The notes beneath the pieces were generated by a model. The model saw only the letters and a list, made by a program, of their open reading frames with translations, ran no database searches and was not told where the DNA came from. From Candidatus Krumholzibacteriia bacterium (lineage in GTDB: Bacteria; Krumholzibacteriota; Krumholzibacteriia; Krumholzibacteriales; Krumholzibacteriaceae): a stretch of DNA of 53,332 nt. The translations under genes and the position numbers were made by a program. Each line of letters begins with the position of its first letter. The first letter of the stretch is position 1. Shown here one piece after another: positions 18,595 to 26,578 of this stretch. The stretch lies in the NCBI GenBank assembly GCA_041648155.1, contig JBAZPL010000001.1, positions 1-53,332 of the forward strand. Reading direction: 5' to 3'.

Positions 18595-18682
18595 CAGCGA
18601 GCACGTGCGGGGTGCAATCCGGCGACAGGGCCCGCGTATCCAGCGAGCACGTGCGGGGTGCAATCCGGCGACAGGGCCCGCG
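18595..18682. repeat. Tandem repeat, 42-nt unit x2 (46-nt period), complementary to the 5' part of the 85-bp unit
   Basis: cagcgagcacgtgcggggtgcaatccggcgacagggcccgcg occurs at 18595..18636 and 18641..18682. GTGCGGGG pairs with CCCCGCAC and GCCCGC pairs with GCGGGT of the upstream units. Confidence 0.85.
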
Positions 18683-18688
18683 GCCATG

Positions 18689-18704
18689 TGTTTCACGTGA
18701 AACA
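18689..18704. other. parS centromere-like site (perfect consensus palindrome)
   Basis: TGTTTCACGTGAAACA, 1 nt downstream of the rsmG stop codon. Confidence 0.85.
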
Positions 18705-18705
18705 C

Positions 18706-19356
18706 TCAGGTGGGCGGGCTCTTGCGGAATACTAACGCCGTGCCGCGCCCTTCGGGGAGCTCGATGACGGATTCCAGGCGCATCCGGGCCTCAAGTCCCT
18801 CCGGCAGCTCGCTCTTCCAGGACCGGCTTTTGACGGTAACGTACGCTCCTCCCGGCACGAGAAGCCTTTCCGCGAGCGGAAGAATGCCCGCGAGCCGCCC
18901 CGCGGCTTTCGATATGACAAGATCGAAGGCCCCGGCTTCTTTGTAATTCGCGGCGTCCTCTCCGAATACCGTTATACCCTCGAGGCCGAGCCGCAGGACG
19001 ACCCTCTCGAGAAAAAGCTGCGGCTTGAGCCTCCGCTCGAAGAGCGCCAGCTCGAGCCGCGGCCGCACGATCTTCCATACGAGTCCCGGAAATCCTGCGC
19101 CGGAGCCTATATCTGCCACTCTGCTCGCCGCGAGCCCGCTCTCGCCCGCCGCGGTCAGCATGGTGAGGGAGTCGAAAACGAGCAGCTCGAGGCTGGTCCC
19201 GAAACGCCCCTTGCCGACGAGATGCATCCTTGCGTTCCAGAAATCGACTTCTTGCAGGTAGAGCGAGAGCTGCCGCAGCGCCTCGGGGGCTTCGTTGCCG
19301 AATCCCGCCCGGCGGAGCGCAGCTTCCGCGATTTCTCCCATCTCCTTATCGGTCAT
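18706..19356 (-). CDS. rsmG: 16S rRNA (guanine527-N7)-methyltransferase RsmG (GidB)
   Basis: 216 aa. NARMHLVG, SAM motif VADIGSGAGFPGLVWKI. The conserved mnmG-rsmG order and a 4-nt overlap with mnmG support the call. Confidence 0.9.
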   Translation of the reverse strand: MTDKEMGEIAEAALRRAGFGNEAPEALRQLSLYLQEVDFWNARMHLVGKGRFGTSLELLVFDSLTMLTAAGESGLAASRVADIGSGAGFPGLVWKIVRPRLELALFERRLKPQLFLERVVLRLGLEGITVFGEDAANYKEAGAFDLVISKAAGRLAGILPLAERLLVPGGAYVTVKSRSWKSELPEGLEARMRLESVIELPEGRGTALVFRKSPPT

Positions 19357-21260
19357 ACAGCTCTGCCTCGCCCGGCGTTCCCGCGCTCGCCCCGCTCCCG
19401 CTTTCCCAGATGGATCATGAGGATCGAGAGATCGGATGACCGCACGCCGGAGAGCCGCGACGCCTGAGCGAGCGTTATGGGCCGGAACTTTTCGAGCTTG
19501 AGTCTCGCTTCGGCGCTCAGGGCCTCGATTTCGTACGAGAAATCTGGGGGGATCCGCACCCGTTCGATCTGCAGCATCCGCTCGGCGAGCTTTTTCTGCC
19601 TGCGGATATACCCGTCATACTTGATTCCTATTTCGAGGGACTCCTTCTCCCGCGGCTCCAGCCCGAGGCTTCCGGCCGGAAGCGAGCTCTCGATATCCTT
19701 GATGGATATGCCTGGCCGCTGGAGGAGCTGGGAAACCTTGAGGGGGAACGACACGCTTCCCTGGCCTTTGGAGGCAAGAATGCGGCTGCATTCATCCGCG
19801 CTCAGGGCGTGCCGCTCGATGAATCTTCGCGCCCCGGCGACGCGCTTGCGTTTCGCGATCATCTCCTCCCAGAGCACGCGCGGCAGAAGGTTGCAGCGAA
19901 CCCCGTGCCTGAAGAGGCGCTCGTCCGCATTATCCTGCCGCAGGACGAGACGGTGCTCGGCCCTTGATGTGAACATGCGGTATGGCTCGTCGATCTCCTT
20001 CGTCACGAGATCGTCGACAAGAACTCCGATATATGCCTCGTGTCTTCCGAGAATGAGCGGGCTTTTGCCTGCGAGGCTCCGTCCGGCGTTGATGCCCGCC
20101 ATGATCCCCTGGGCTGCCGCTTCCTCGTAACCCGACGTGCCGTTTACCTGGCCGGCGAAATAGAGCCCCCCGATCCTCCGCGATTCGAGAGTCGGGAGCA
20201 GCTGGTGCGGAGGATAATAATCGTACTCGATCGCGTAGCCGTATCGAACGATCGCGGCGTCCCCCAGCCCCGCGATCGAATGGATCATCTCCTCCTGCAC
20301 GTCGCGGGGAAGGCTCGTCGAGAGCCCGTTGATATAGATTTCCGCCGACTCGCGCCCCTCGGGCTCAAGAAAGAGCTGATGCCGCTCCCGGTCGGAGAAT
20401 CGGACCACCTTGTCCTCTATTGAGGGACAGTACCTTGGGCCGATGCCCCTGATGCGCCCCGCATAGAGGGGAGATCTGCCCAGATTCCTTCGAATGATCT
20501 CGTGCGTCTTTGCGTTCGTATAGGTTATGTGGCAAGGCACCTGGTCGCCGCTGATCTGCTTTGTTCTGAACGAGAAGGGAGAAGGTTCCTTGTCCCCGGC
20601 CTGCTCCTCGCAGCGCGAGAAATCGACGCTGTCCCTTGCGAGACGCGCCGGCGTGCCCGTCTTGAGCCTGCCGCGATCGATTCCGAGAGAGATCAGCTGA
20701 TCCGCGAGCCTGCACGAAGGGGGCTCGCCCTCCCGTCCACCCGGAAAGCTCTCCTCCCCGATGTGCATGAGCCCGTTGGGAAAGGTGCCAAGGGCCAGAA
20801 TGACCTTCGGCGCATAATACCGCTTCTCTCCGGCCGCCTCGACACCCTCGACCGCTCCGTTCCTTACCAGAACGGCCGTCGCCTCGGCCTCGACGAGAAC
20901 GATATTATCGGCGCTCTCGATCGCCTTGAGCATCCGGCGGTGGTATGCCTTCTTATCCGCCTGCGCCCGGGGAGACCATACGGCGGGGCCCTTTGCCCTG
21001 TTCAGCATACGGAACTGTATGCCGGTCTCGTCGATTGCGAGCCCCATTTCGCCGCCCAGCGCATCCACCTCTCTGGCGAGCTGCCCCTTGGCGAGTCCGC
21101 CTATGGCAGGATTGCACGGCATTCTGGCGATATGCTCCCGACTCATCGTGAGGAGCAGCGTCTCCCGTCCCATCCTGCTCGCCGCGAGCGCCGCCTCGCA
21201 CCCGGCGTGGCCGCCGCCTACGACGATGATATCGAACTCGAGCTTCCCGCCGTTAGTCAT
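19353..21260 (-). CDS. mnmG: tRNA uridine 5-carboxymethylaminomethyl modification enzyme MnmG (GidA)
   Basis: 635 aa. FDIIVVGGGHAGCEAALAASRMG (FAD motif), GPRYCPSIEDKV, FFAGQVNGTSGYEEAAAQG. Confidence 0.95.
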   Translation of the reverse strand: MTNGGKLEFDIIVVGGGHAGCEAALAASRMGRETLLLTMSREHIARMPCNPAIGGLAKGQLAREVDALGGEMGLAIDETGIQFRMLNRAKGPAVWSPRAQADKKAYHRRMLKAIESADNIVLVEAEATAVLVRNGAVEGVEAAGEKRYYAPKVILALGTFPNGLMHIGEESFPGGREGEPPSCRLADQLISLGIDRGRLKTGTPARLARDSVDFSRCEEQAGDKEPSPFSFRTKQISGDQVPCHITYTNAKTHEIIRRNLGRSPLYAGRIRGIGPRYCPSIEDKVVRFSDRERHQLFLEPEGRESAEIYINGLSTSLPRDVQEEMIHSIAGLGDAAIVRYGYAIEYDYYPPHQLLPTLESRRIGGLYFAGQVNGTSGYEEAAAQGIMAGINAGRSLAGKSPLILGRHEAYIGVLVDDLVTKEIDEPYRMFTSRAEHRLVLRQDNADERLFRHGVRCNLLPRVLWEEMIAKRKRVAGARRFIERHALSADECSRILASKGQGSVSFPLKVSQLLQRPGISIKDIESSLPAGSLGLEPREKESLEIGIKYDGYIRRQKKLAERMLQIERVRIPPDFSYEIEALSAEARLKLEKFRPITLAQASRLSGVRSSDLSILMIHLGKRERGERGNAGRGRAV

Positions 21261-21327
21261 AATTATTATTAATAATGCCGTATTTCATTATTTAACAAGC
21301 AAGTTTCTTATAAAAGATTTGGCACCA

Positions 21328-22695
21328 TTATTTTCCTATGCAGAATTTCGCGAATATCGTTTCGAGAAGGGCCTCCGACATCGAACGCCCCGTTATCGCG
21401 CCCAGGGCGTCCAGCGCGCATCTCGTCTCGACACTGAGAATCTCGGCGTGGGCTCCTATCTCGATCGCGGCCGAGAGCCGATCGAGCGCCTCGTCCGCCT
21501 CTCGCAGCGCGGCCGCCTGCCGCGCGTTCACCGCGATTCGCTCGCGGTCGAGATCTCCCGCCGAGCGCTTGACCGTTTTGTCGAATATCCAGGCTCGCAG
21601 ACTCTCGAGCCCTTCCCGCTTGAGGGCCGAGACGGCGATCATGTCCCGTGCGCCGAGCCGCTCGCACGCATCGTCGCGCGAGTATCGCGGCTCGAGGTCG
21701 CTCTTGTTGAGCACGCACAGAAGTTTGTCCGGGTCAATCCGGGAGATTTCGTTTCTCGTTTCATTCGTGATCTCATCGCTCCCGTCGACGACGAACAGAA
21801 CAATGTCCGCCTCGAGTGCGGCCGCTCTCGCAATCTCGATTCCCTTCGCTTCGATCTCGCAGCGCGTCTGGGCGATGCCGGCCGTATCCTCGAGGCGGCA
21901 CGTGAAGCCGCCGACGTGTATCCTCTCGCGAAGAATGTCTCTCGTCGTTCCGGCGATGGGGGAGACGATCGCCCGCTCTTCGCCGAGGAGCGTGTTGTAG
22001 AGGCTGCTCTTCCCGACGTTCGGCCCTCCGAGAATCGTCACGCGAATGCCGCGGCGCAGCCTTTCTCCGGCGATCTCGGATTCGAGGAGCGCCGCGATCG
22101 CCGTGCGGGCCTTCCGCGCGGCCTCGAGCGTGTCGCGCGGGGAATACCCCGGCAGATCCTCTTCGGAGAAATCGATCGACGCTTCGATGAGGGCGAGCTC
22201 CCCGAGGAGCACTTCCTCGAGCGCGCGCACCTTGCGCGAAAGCGCACCCCCGAGCTGTTCGAGCGCGACCTTCCGTTGGAGCTTCGTCTCCGCCGATATG
22301 AGATCGACGACCGCCTCCGCCTGCGCGAGGTCGAGCTTCCCGTTGAGGAAGGCTCTTTTCGTGAATTCACCGGGAGTGGCGAGCCGGGCGCCGAGCCGCA
22401 CGATCTCGCCGATGAGGTCCGAGACGACCTGCATGCTTCCGTGGCACGAGATTTCCACCATGTCTTCGCCCGTATAGCTCGCGGGGGCGCGCATGACGGC
22501 AACGAGCGCCTCGTCGATCGGCTCGCCTGAGCCATCGCTGAGAGTAACGAGGGACAGGGTGCGGGAGGGAGCGAGCTGCGCGCCGGGAGCCATCGCGTCG
22601 AGAATACGCACGGCCGAGCTCCCCGAAATGCGCACGACGGCGATCCCCGACTCGCCCGGCGGGGTGCTGAGCGCGACGATTGCGTCATTCTCCAT
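21328..22695 (-). CDS. mnmE: tRNA modification GTPase MnmE (TrmE)
   Basis: 455 aa. DAIVALSTPPGESGIAVVRISG, G1 motif GGPNVGKSSL, DTAG, C-terminal FCIGK. Confidence 0.95.
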   Translation of the reverse strand: MENDAIVALSTPPGESGIAVVRISGSSAVRILDAMAPGAQLAPSRTLSLVTLSDGSGEPIDEALVAVMRAPASYTGEDMVEISCHGSMQVVSDLIGEIVRLGARLATPGEFTKRAFLNGKLDLAQAEAVVDLISAETKLQRKVALEQLGGALSRKVRALEEVLLGELALIEASIDFSEEDLPGYSPRDTLEAARKARTAIAALLESEIAGERLRRGIRVTILGGPNVGKSSLYNTLLGEERAIVSPIAGTTRDILRERIHVGGFTCRLEDTAGIAQTRCEIEAKGIEIARAAALEADIVLFVVDGSDEITNETRNEISRIDPDKLLCVLNKSDLEPRYSRDDACERLGARDMIAVSALKREGLESLRAWIFDKTVKRSAGDLDRERIAVNARQAAALREADEALDRLSAAIEIGAHAEILSVETRCALDALGAITGRSMSEALLETIFAKFCIGK

Positions 22696-22701
22696 GATTC
22701 G

Positions 22702-23418
22702 TCAGCGGTTGCCCTGCCGCCTGCCGTCGTCCGGTTTCGCGGGCGAGATGCAGACCTTCCGAAGGTCGCCGTTTCCGATCGTGTAGGTCGAGATGCCATC
22801 GAGGCCGGCGAGCGCCATATGCACGACGCGGCGCTCGGAGGCGTACATCGGCTCGAGCGTCACGTCGTGGTTGCTCTTCTTCGCCTTTTCCGCGGCCTTG
22901 ACGGCCTTCTGCTTTAAAATCTCGTGGCGGTTCCTGAGGTAGCCTCCCACGTCCAGCGTGAGCCGCTGATACCCGCCCATTCTTTTCGACACGATGCGGC
23001 CGACGAGGTGCTGGAGGGAGGTCAGCGTGTCCCCTTTGCGCCCGATGAGAAGCCCATCGACCCCCGCGGTCTCGACGTTGACGTAGGTCGTCCCGTCCTG
23101 CTCTTCGGAAAACAGCCGGTAATTCACGTCGAGACATTCCATGATCGCGCGCGTGATATAGTCGACGATCTCCTCGACGCCGCTCCCCGATTTCTTGCGC
23201 GTTACGCAAATCTTCGCGTCGCGCGAACCGAATATGCTGAGAAAGCCCTTCTGCCCGGGGTCTATTATCTTGATCTCGACCTCGTCGATGCGGGCGCGGA
23301 GCGTCTCGAGCCCTTTTTCGAGCGCCTTCTCGACGGTCTTCCCCGTCATTTCGACGCTGTCCGACCGGATCTCTTCCCGGTTCTTGCTTTTTTCTTTATC
23401 GCGTCCGAATATGCCCAT
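22702..23418 (-). CDS. jag: Jag/KhpB RNA-binding protein (Jag_N, KH, R3H domains)
   Basis: 238 aa. VEMTGKTVEKALEKGLETL (Jag_N), IGRKGDTLTSLQHL (KH GxxG), C-terminal R3H-type LEPMYASERRVVHMAL. Sits in the conserved position after yidC. Confidence 0.85.
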   Translation of the reverse strand: MGIFGRDKEKSKNREEIRSDSVEMTGKTVEKALEKGLETLRARIDEVEIKIIDPGQKGFLSIFGSRDAKICVTRKKSGSGVEEIVDYITRAIMECLDVNYRLFSEEQDGTTYVNVETAGVDGLLIGRKGDTLTSLQHLVGRIVSKRMGGYQRLTLDVGGYLRNRHEILKQKAVKAAEKAKKSNHDVTLEPMYASERRVVHMALAGLDGISTYTIGNGDLRKVCISPAKPDDGRRQGNR

Positions 23419-23436
23419 GCAAGTTCCTGCCTTTCC

Positions 23437-25212
23437 TTACGCGGTGAGCCTCGTCGCCTCTTCGGCGTTGAGCTCCTTCTGCACAAAATATTGCTGGACG
23501 ATTGTGGCCACATTGTTCACCAGCCAGTAGAGGACGAGCCCCGACGGCATGGTGTAGAAGAATACGGTCATGATGACCGGCATGAGATAGGTCATCATCT
23601 TCGTCTGCGCCGCGGGCACCGCATCTCCCGTCGGCGAGCCGCCCATCTTCGACTGGTAGAGCATCGCTCCGCCCATGAGAATGGGGAGGAGGTGAAATTC
23701 GCTGCCGATGATCGGGATCGACAACGTCCACCTGAAGAGCGTGTCCGGCATCGAAAGATCGTTGATCCAGCCCACGAACGGGGCGTTCCGGAGCTCGATC
23801 GTATTGCTCAGAACGCTGTAGAGGGCGAAAAATACCGGCATCTGGAACACGAGCGGCAGGCATCCACCGAGCGGATTCACGCCCGCCTCCTTGTAGAGCT
23901 TCATGACCTCCTTGTTCTGCCGGTCCCGGTCCCCCTTGTACTTCTCCTGGATCTCCTTGAGCTTCGGCTGAATGCGCTGCATGTCCTTCATCGCCTTGAA
24001 GCTCTTGTGGGTGAGGCGGTAGAAGAGGAGCTTCGTCAACAGAGAGAGGATGATGATGACGACTCCATAGTTCGGGATGACCCGCCCCATCCAGACCATG
24101 AGCTTCAGAATACCGACGCTCATGAACCGCAGCCGCCCGAGGTCGATCGTTTTCTCGAGCCCCACGCCGAACGCCTTGAGCGATTTCATGTCGAGGGGTC
24201 CGACGTACCACGTGAACGAATCCTCGATCTCTCGCGGGTCCCCCCGGAACGGATACGCGATCGCGTACCCGACGAAGCCCTTGTCCCGCTCGCCGAGGAG
24301 GGCGAGCGTGCCCGATCCCCGGTTTTCCTTCGACGCGATGAGCGCGCTCAGGAAATATTTCGTCCGCGCCCCGGCCCAGACGACCGTGCCGTCGTACGCG
24401 CGCCTCGTCTCCTTCGAGAACTTGCTCAACGGCACCTGATAGTATTCGGCCCCGACCATGCCGAGCGCCGCGAACTTTGTCTGCTCGAGCTTGATATTGG
24501 TCTCGCTCGAGGCGAGCCCGCTCTCCCAACCGATCGAATACGCGCCGCTGCTCTCCATCTCCCCTTCGCGCCTGAACGCGACCTTGACGCCGACGCTGTA
24601 TCCGCCGCGAGAGAACGTGAGCCGCTTTTCAACGTACTCGCCCCCGGGCCCCAAGCGCTTGAAAAGGATCTCCGCCGTCTCGCGCCCCTCGCCGAGCACG
24701 ACCCGGGCGCTGTCGGCGACGGGAGCGCCGTCGACGAACGCTTCGAAGCCGAGCCCGGAGAGCTTCTTCCATTCGCCGTTCTGCAGAAGGCCGATCGCGA
24801 GACCTCCCTCGGCCTCGGCGGGAACGAGCTCGACGGGGCTGCCATCCTTCCTCTTGAAGCTCGCGAAGGCGACGCTCTCAACCTCCCCGCCGACGCTCGA
24901 GAGCACGACCTTCATCTTGTCGGTCACGATCGTTATTCTCGCCGCCACGGTCGTCGCGCCGCCGGGAAGAAGGAATGCGCTCGTGCCCGCCGGCGCCGCA
25001 CCCGGCGTGTCGGGCGAGCCCGATACCGCAAGCGTCTCCTCCTCGGCGACCCCCCGCTCGAGCGCGGCCAGCGAATCGGCGCGCTCTTTCACGCGGACCT
25101 CCGCCGCCCGATCCGCGGCGAGTTTCTTCTGCTGCGGCGCCGCGTAGAACACCTGCCAGCCGATGAGTATGACAAACGTCAGACCGATCGCCATCAACGA
25201 TCTCTTGTCCAT
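23437..25212 (-). CDS. yidC: Membrane protein insertase YidC
   Basis: 591 aa. N-terminal TM, large periplasmic domain, conserved core MQRIQPKLKEIQEKYKGD...GVNPLGGCLPLVFQMPVFFALY. Confidence 0.95.
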   Translation of the reverse strand: MDKRSLMAIGLTFVILIGWQVFYAAPQQKKLAADRAAEVRVKERADSLAALERGVAEEETLAVSGSPDTPGAAPAGTSAFLLPGGATTVAARITIVTDKMKVVLSSVGGEVESVAFASFKRKDGSPVELVPAEAEGGLAIGLLQNGEWKKLSGLGFEAFVDGAPVADSARVVLGEGRETAEILFKRLGPGGEYVEKRLTFSRGGYSVGVKVAFRREGEMESSGAYSIGWESGLASSETNIKLEQTKFAALGMVGAEYYQVPLSKFSKETRRAYDGTVVWAGARTKYFLSALIASKENRGSGTLALLGERDKGFVGYAIAYPFRGDPREIEDSFTWYVGPLDMKSLKAFGVGLEKTIDLGRLRFMSVGILKLMVWMGRVIPNYGVVIIILSLLTKLLFYRLTHKSFKAMKDMQRIQPKLKEIQEKYKGDRDRQNKEVMKLYKEAGVNPLGGCLPLVFQMPVFFALYSVLSNTIELRNAPFVGWINDLSMPDTLFRWTLSIPIIGSEFHLLPILMGGAMLYQSKMGGSPTGDAVPAAQTKMMTYLMPVIMTVFFYTMPSGLVLYWLVNNVATIVQQYFVQKELNAEEATRLTA

Positions 25213-25287
25213 GCCGTCCTTTCGTTCGGAAACCGGGGGGTCTCGAAAAACTATCGATGGTTCGCAGGCCGGAAAAGCCCCGTCGCG

Positions 25288-25512
25288 TCAACGCACGGGA
25301 TCGTAGCCGCCGCTCGAGAAGGGGTGGCACCGCAGGATGCGCCTGATCGCAAGCGCCGTTCCCTTACCGGGACCGTGCAGCCGCAGCGCGTCCTCGGCGT
25401 ACCGCGAACATGAAGGCGTGAATCGGCACACCGGTGGATGATAGGGAGAAACAACCACTCTGTATATGTGCAAAGCCGTAAGGCCGATCCGTGTAAGAAT
25501 TCGCGATATCAT
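25288..25512 (-). CDS. yidD: Membrane protein insertion efficiency factor YidD
   Basis: MISRILTRIGLTALHIYRVVVSPYHPPVCRFTPSCSRYAEDAL...HPFSSGGYDPV. ATGA overlap with the rnpA stop. Confidence 0.85.
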   Translation of the reverse strand: MISRILTRIGLTALHIYRVVVSPYHPPVCRFTPSCSRYAEDALRLHGPGKGTALAIRRILRCHPFSSGGYDPVR

Positions 25513-25853
25513 CCGTTTGGTGAAATGAGTCCAGCCCTTCCCAACGAGCTCTCGACGTCCGCTAAGATCTCGTGGAACGTGCATTCCTTCGGGCGAAACG
25601 AGGCTACAAAAACGATCCAGAGATTCGTGTCGGTGAAACGATCTTCCAATCTCCTGAATATCTCTCTCATGTGCCTCTTCGCCCTGTTTCGCTGACAGGC
25701 CTTTCCTCTTTTCTTGCTTGCTACGAACCCGGGCACGACGCTGTCGCTTTCGTGCTTGAGAAAGTAAATGACGACCTTCGTCCCGGCTTCCCTCTTTCCC
25801 TCATTATAAACAAGACGAAACTGATTATTCTTTTTGAGCCTCCGCGATTGCAT
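25509..25853 (-). CDS. rnpA: Ribonuclease P protein component RnpA
   Basis: MQSRRLKKNNQFRLVYNEGKR...GFVASKKRGKACQRNRAKRHMRE (RNR motif). The track ORF (to 26015) reads through rpmH in another frame. Confidence 0.85.
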   Translation of the reverse strand: MQSRRLKKNNQFRLVYNEGKREAGTKVVIYFLKHESDSVVPGFVASKKRGKACQRNRAKRHMREIFRRLEDRFTDTNLWIVFVASFRPKECTFHEILADVESSLGRAGLISPNG

Positions 25854-25873
25854 GCGGACATCTTCCCTCACGA

Positions 25874-26008
25874 TTAGACGCTCAGGCGTTTTCTTCCCTT
25901 TGCTCTCCTCCTTTTCAGAACCAGGCGGCCGTTCTTCGTGCTCATGCGCTTGCGAAATCCGTGTGTCGTTTTCCTTCTTGTGTTGTGCGGCTGAAACGTT
26001 CGCTTCAT
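25874..26008 (-). CDS. rpmH: 50S ribosomal protein L34
   Basis: Too short for the ORF track. My translation is [44 protein letters not shown] (44 aa) with a TAA stop at 25874-25876. Confidence 0.9.
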   Translation of the reverse strand: MKRTFQPHNTRRKTTHGFRKRMSTKNGRLVLKRRRAKGRKRLSV

Positions 26009-26072
26009 TTTCCACCTTCTCCGATGATGGGTGTCTCCCGTATTCTTATGCCCTAGTATACAAAAGCAGAAT

Positions 26073-26101
26073 ACGATAGAAAAGACCTAAAACGTTGTCA
26101 A
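26073..26101 (-). promoter_or_regulatory. Sigma70-type promoter for rpmH-rnpA
   Basis: On the minus strand: TTGACA (26101..26096), a 17-nt spacer, then TATCGT (26078..26073), about 65 nt upstream of the rpmH ATG. Confidence 0.5.
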
Positions 26102-26196
26102 GCTAATAATCCCCCAAAATCATATCTCCGCTTGGCATCAAGGGTTTTCTCCCTCCTGCGAAAACCAGTCCAGGCCTCGTTTTCGATGTCAAGCCC

Positions 26197-26228
26197 AAAA
26201 TGTCATTTATAATTTTTTTAATTTGCAT
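26197..26228. other. AT-rich tract, candidate DNA unwinding element
   Basis: aaaatgtcatttataatttttttaatttgcat: 4 G/C in 32 nt, inside an otherwise roughly 60-65% GC window. Confidence 0.35.
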
Positions 26229-26385
26229 CACACTAACGAGTTGTGGCTATTTTCCCCCGGCCAAGAAAATTGTCTTGATAAGCCGCCAGGTGTGTGATAG
26301 ATTTCCCCCCGCGGGATGAGGGGACATTCCCCATGAGCGATACTGGCCACACCGTTTTACATCTTGGCCGACAGCTCTTTCTAAA

Positions 26386-26394
26386 TGTGGATAA
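26386..26394 (-). promoter_or_regulatory. DnaA box (perfect)
   Basis: TGTGGATAA on the plus strand, equal to TTATCCACA on the minus strand. Confidence 0.75.
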
Positions 26395-26453
26395 CGCTCT
26401 GAAAGTGATATTTGAATCCCGCTGATTCTATTACAAAAAATGAAGTTGCGCGG

Positions 26454-26462
26454 TTATCCACA
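26454..26462 (+). promoter_or_regulatory. DnaA box (perfect)
   Basis: TTATCCACA, followed 2 nt later by the degenerate box TGTGGGCAA in inverted orientation. Confidence 0.75.
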
Positions 26463-26578
26463 TTTGTGGGCAACCTCTGCAATTCAAAGAGATTCATACT
26501 GGTCTCCTGGGGGATTTTGCTTTCCTTCCGGGGGGCCATAATCGGGGATTCAAGGGCTCTTTTTCTCTCATATCGACG

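Larger units (their letters stand above)
26016..26578. other. Candidate oriC (rpmH-dnaA intergenic region)
   Basis: 563-bp non-coding region at the point where gene orientation switches. It holds 2 perfect and at least 3 two-mismatch DnaA boxes (26242..26250 TGTGGCTAT, 26273..26281 TCTTGATAA, 26465..26473 TGTGGGCAA) plus an AT-rich tract. Confidence 0.6.

Noticed and set aside
18379-18682. Possible CRISPR array
   Set aside because: The units are directly abutting tandem copies with no unique spacers. The unit length (85 bp and 46 bp) is wrong, and there are no cas genes in the window.
18206-18767. Small ORFs (106, 97 and 87 aa), two related ORFs starting MFHVKH
   Set aside because: The MFHVKH prefix is simply the parS palindrome ATGTTTCACGTGAAACA translated. 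The rest is repeat DNA with Ala/Gly/Pro/Arg composition.
21320-21334. TGGCAC-N5-TTTTC sigma54-like motif in the AT-rich mnmE-mnmG spacer
   Set aside because: The -12 position is TT rather than GC. The motif is on the plus strand, pointing into the antisense of mnmE, so there is no gene to drive.
22924-25413. 829-aa plus-strand ORF
   Set aside because: It is antisense to jag and yidC, has no recognisable motifs, and is rich in Arg/Glu/His/Pro. I treat 13967..16135(+), 30848..33061(-), 32887..35220(-), 37945..39723(+), 2206..3825(+), 3576..4682(+) and 117..1598(+) the same way.
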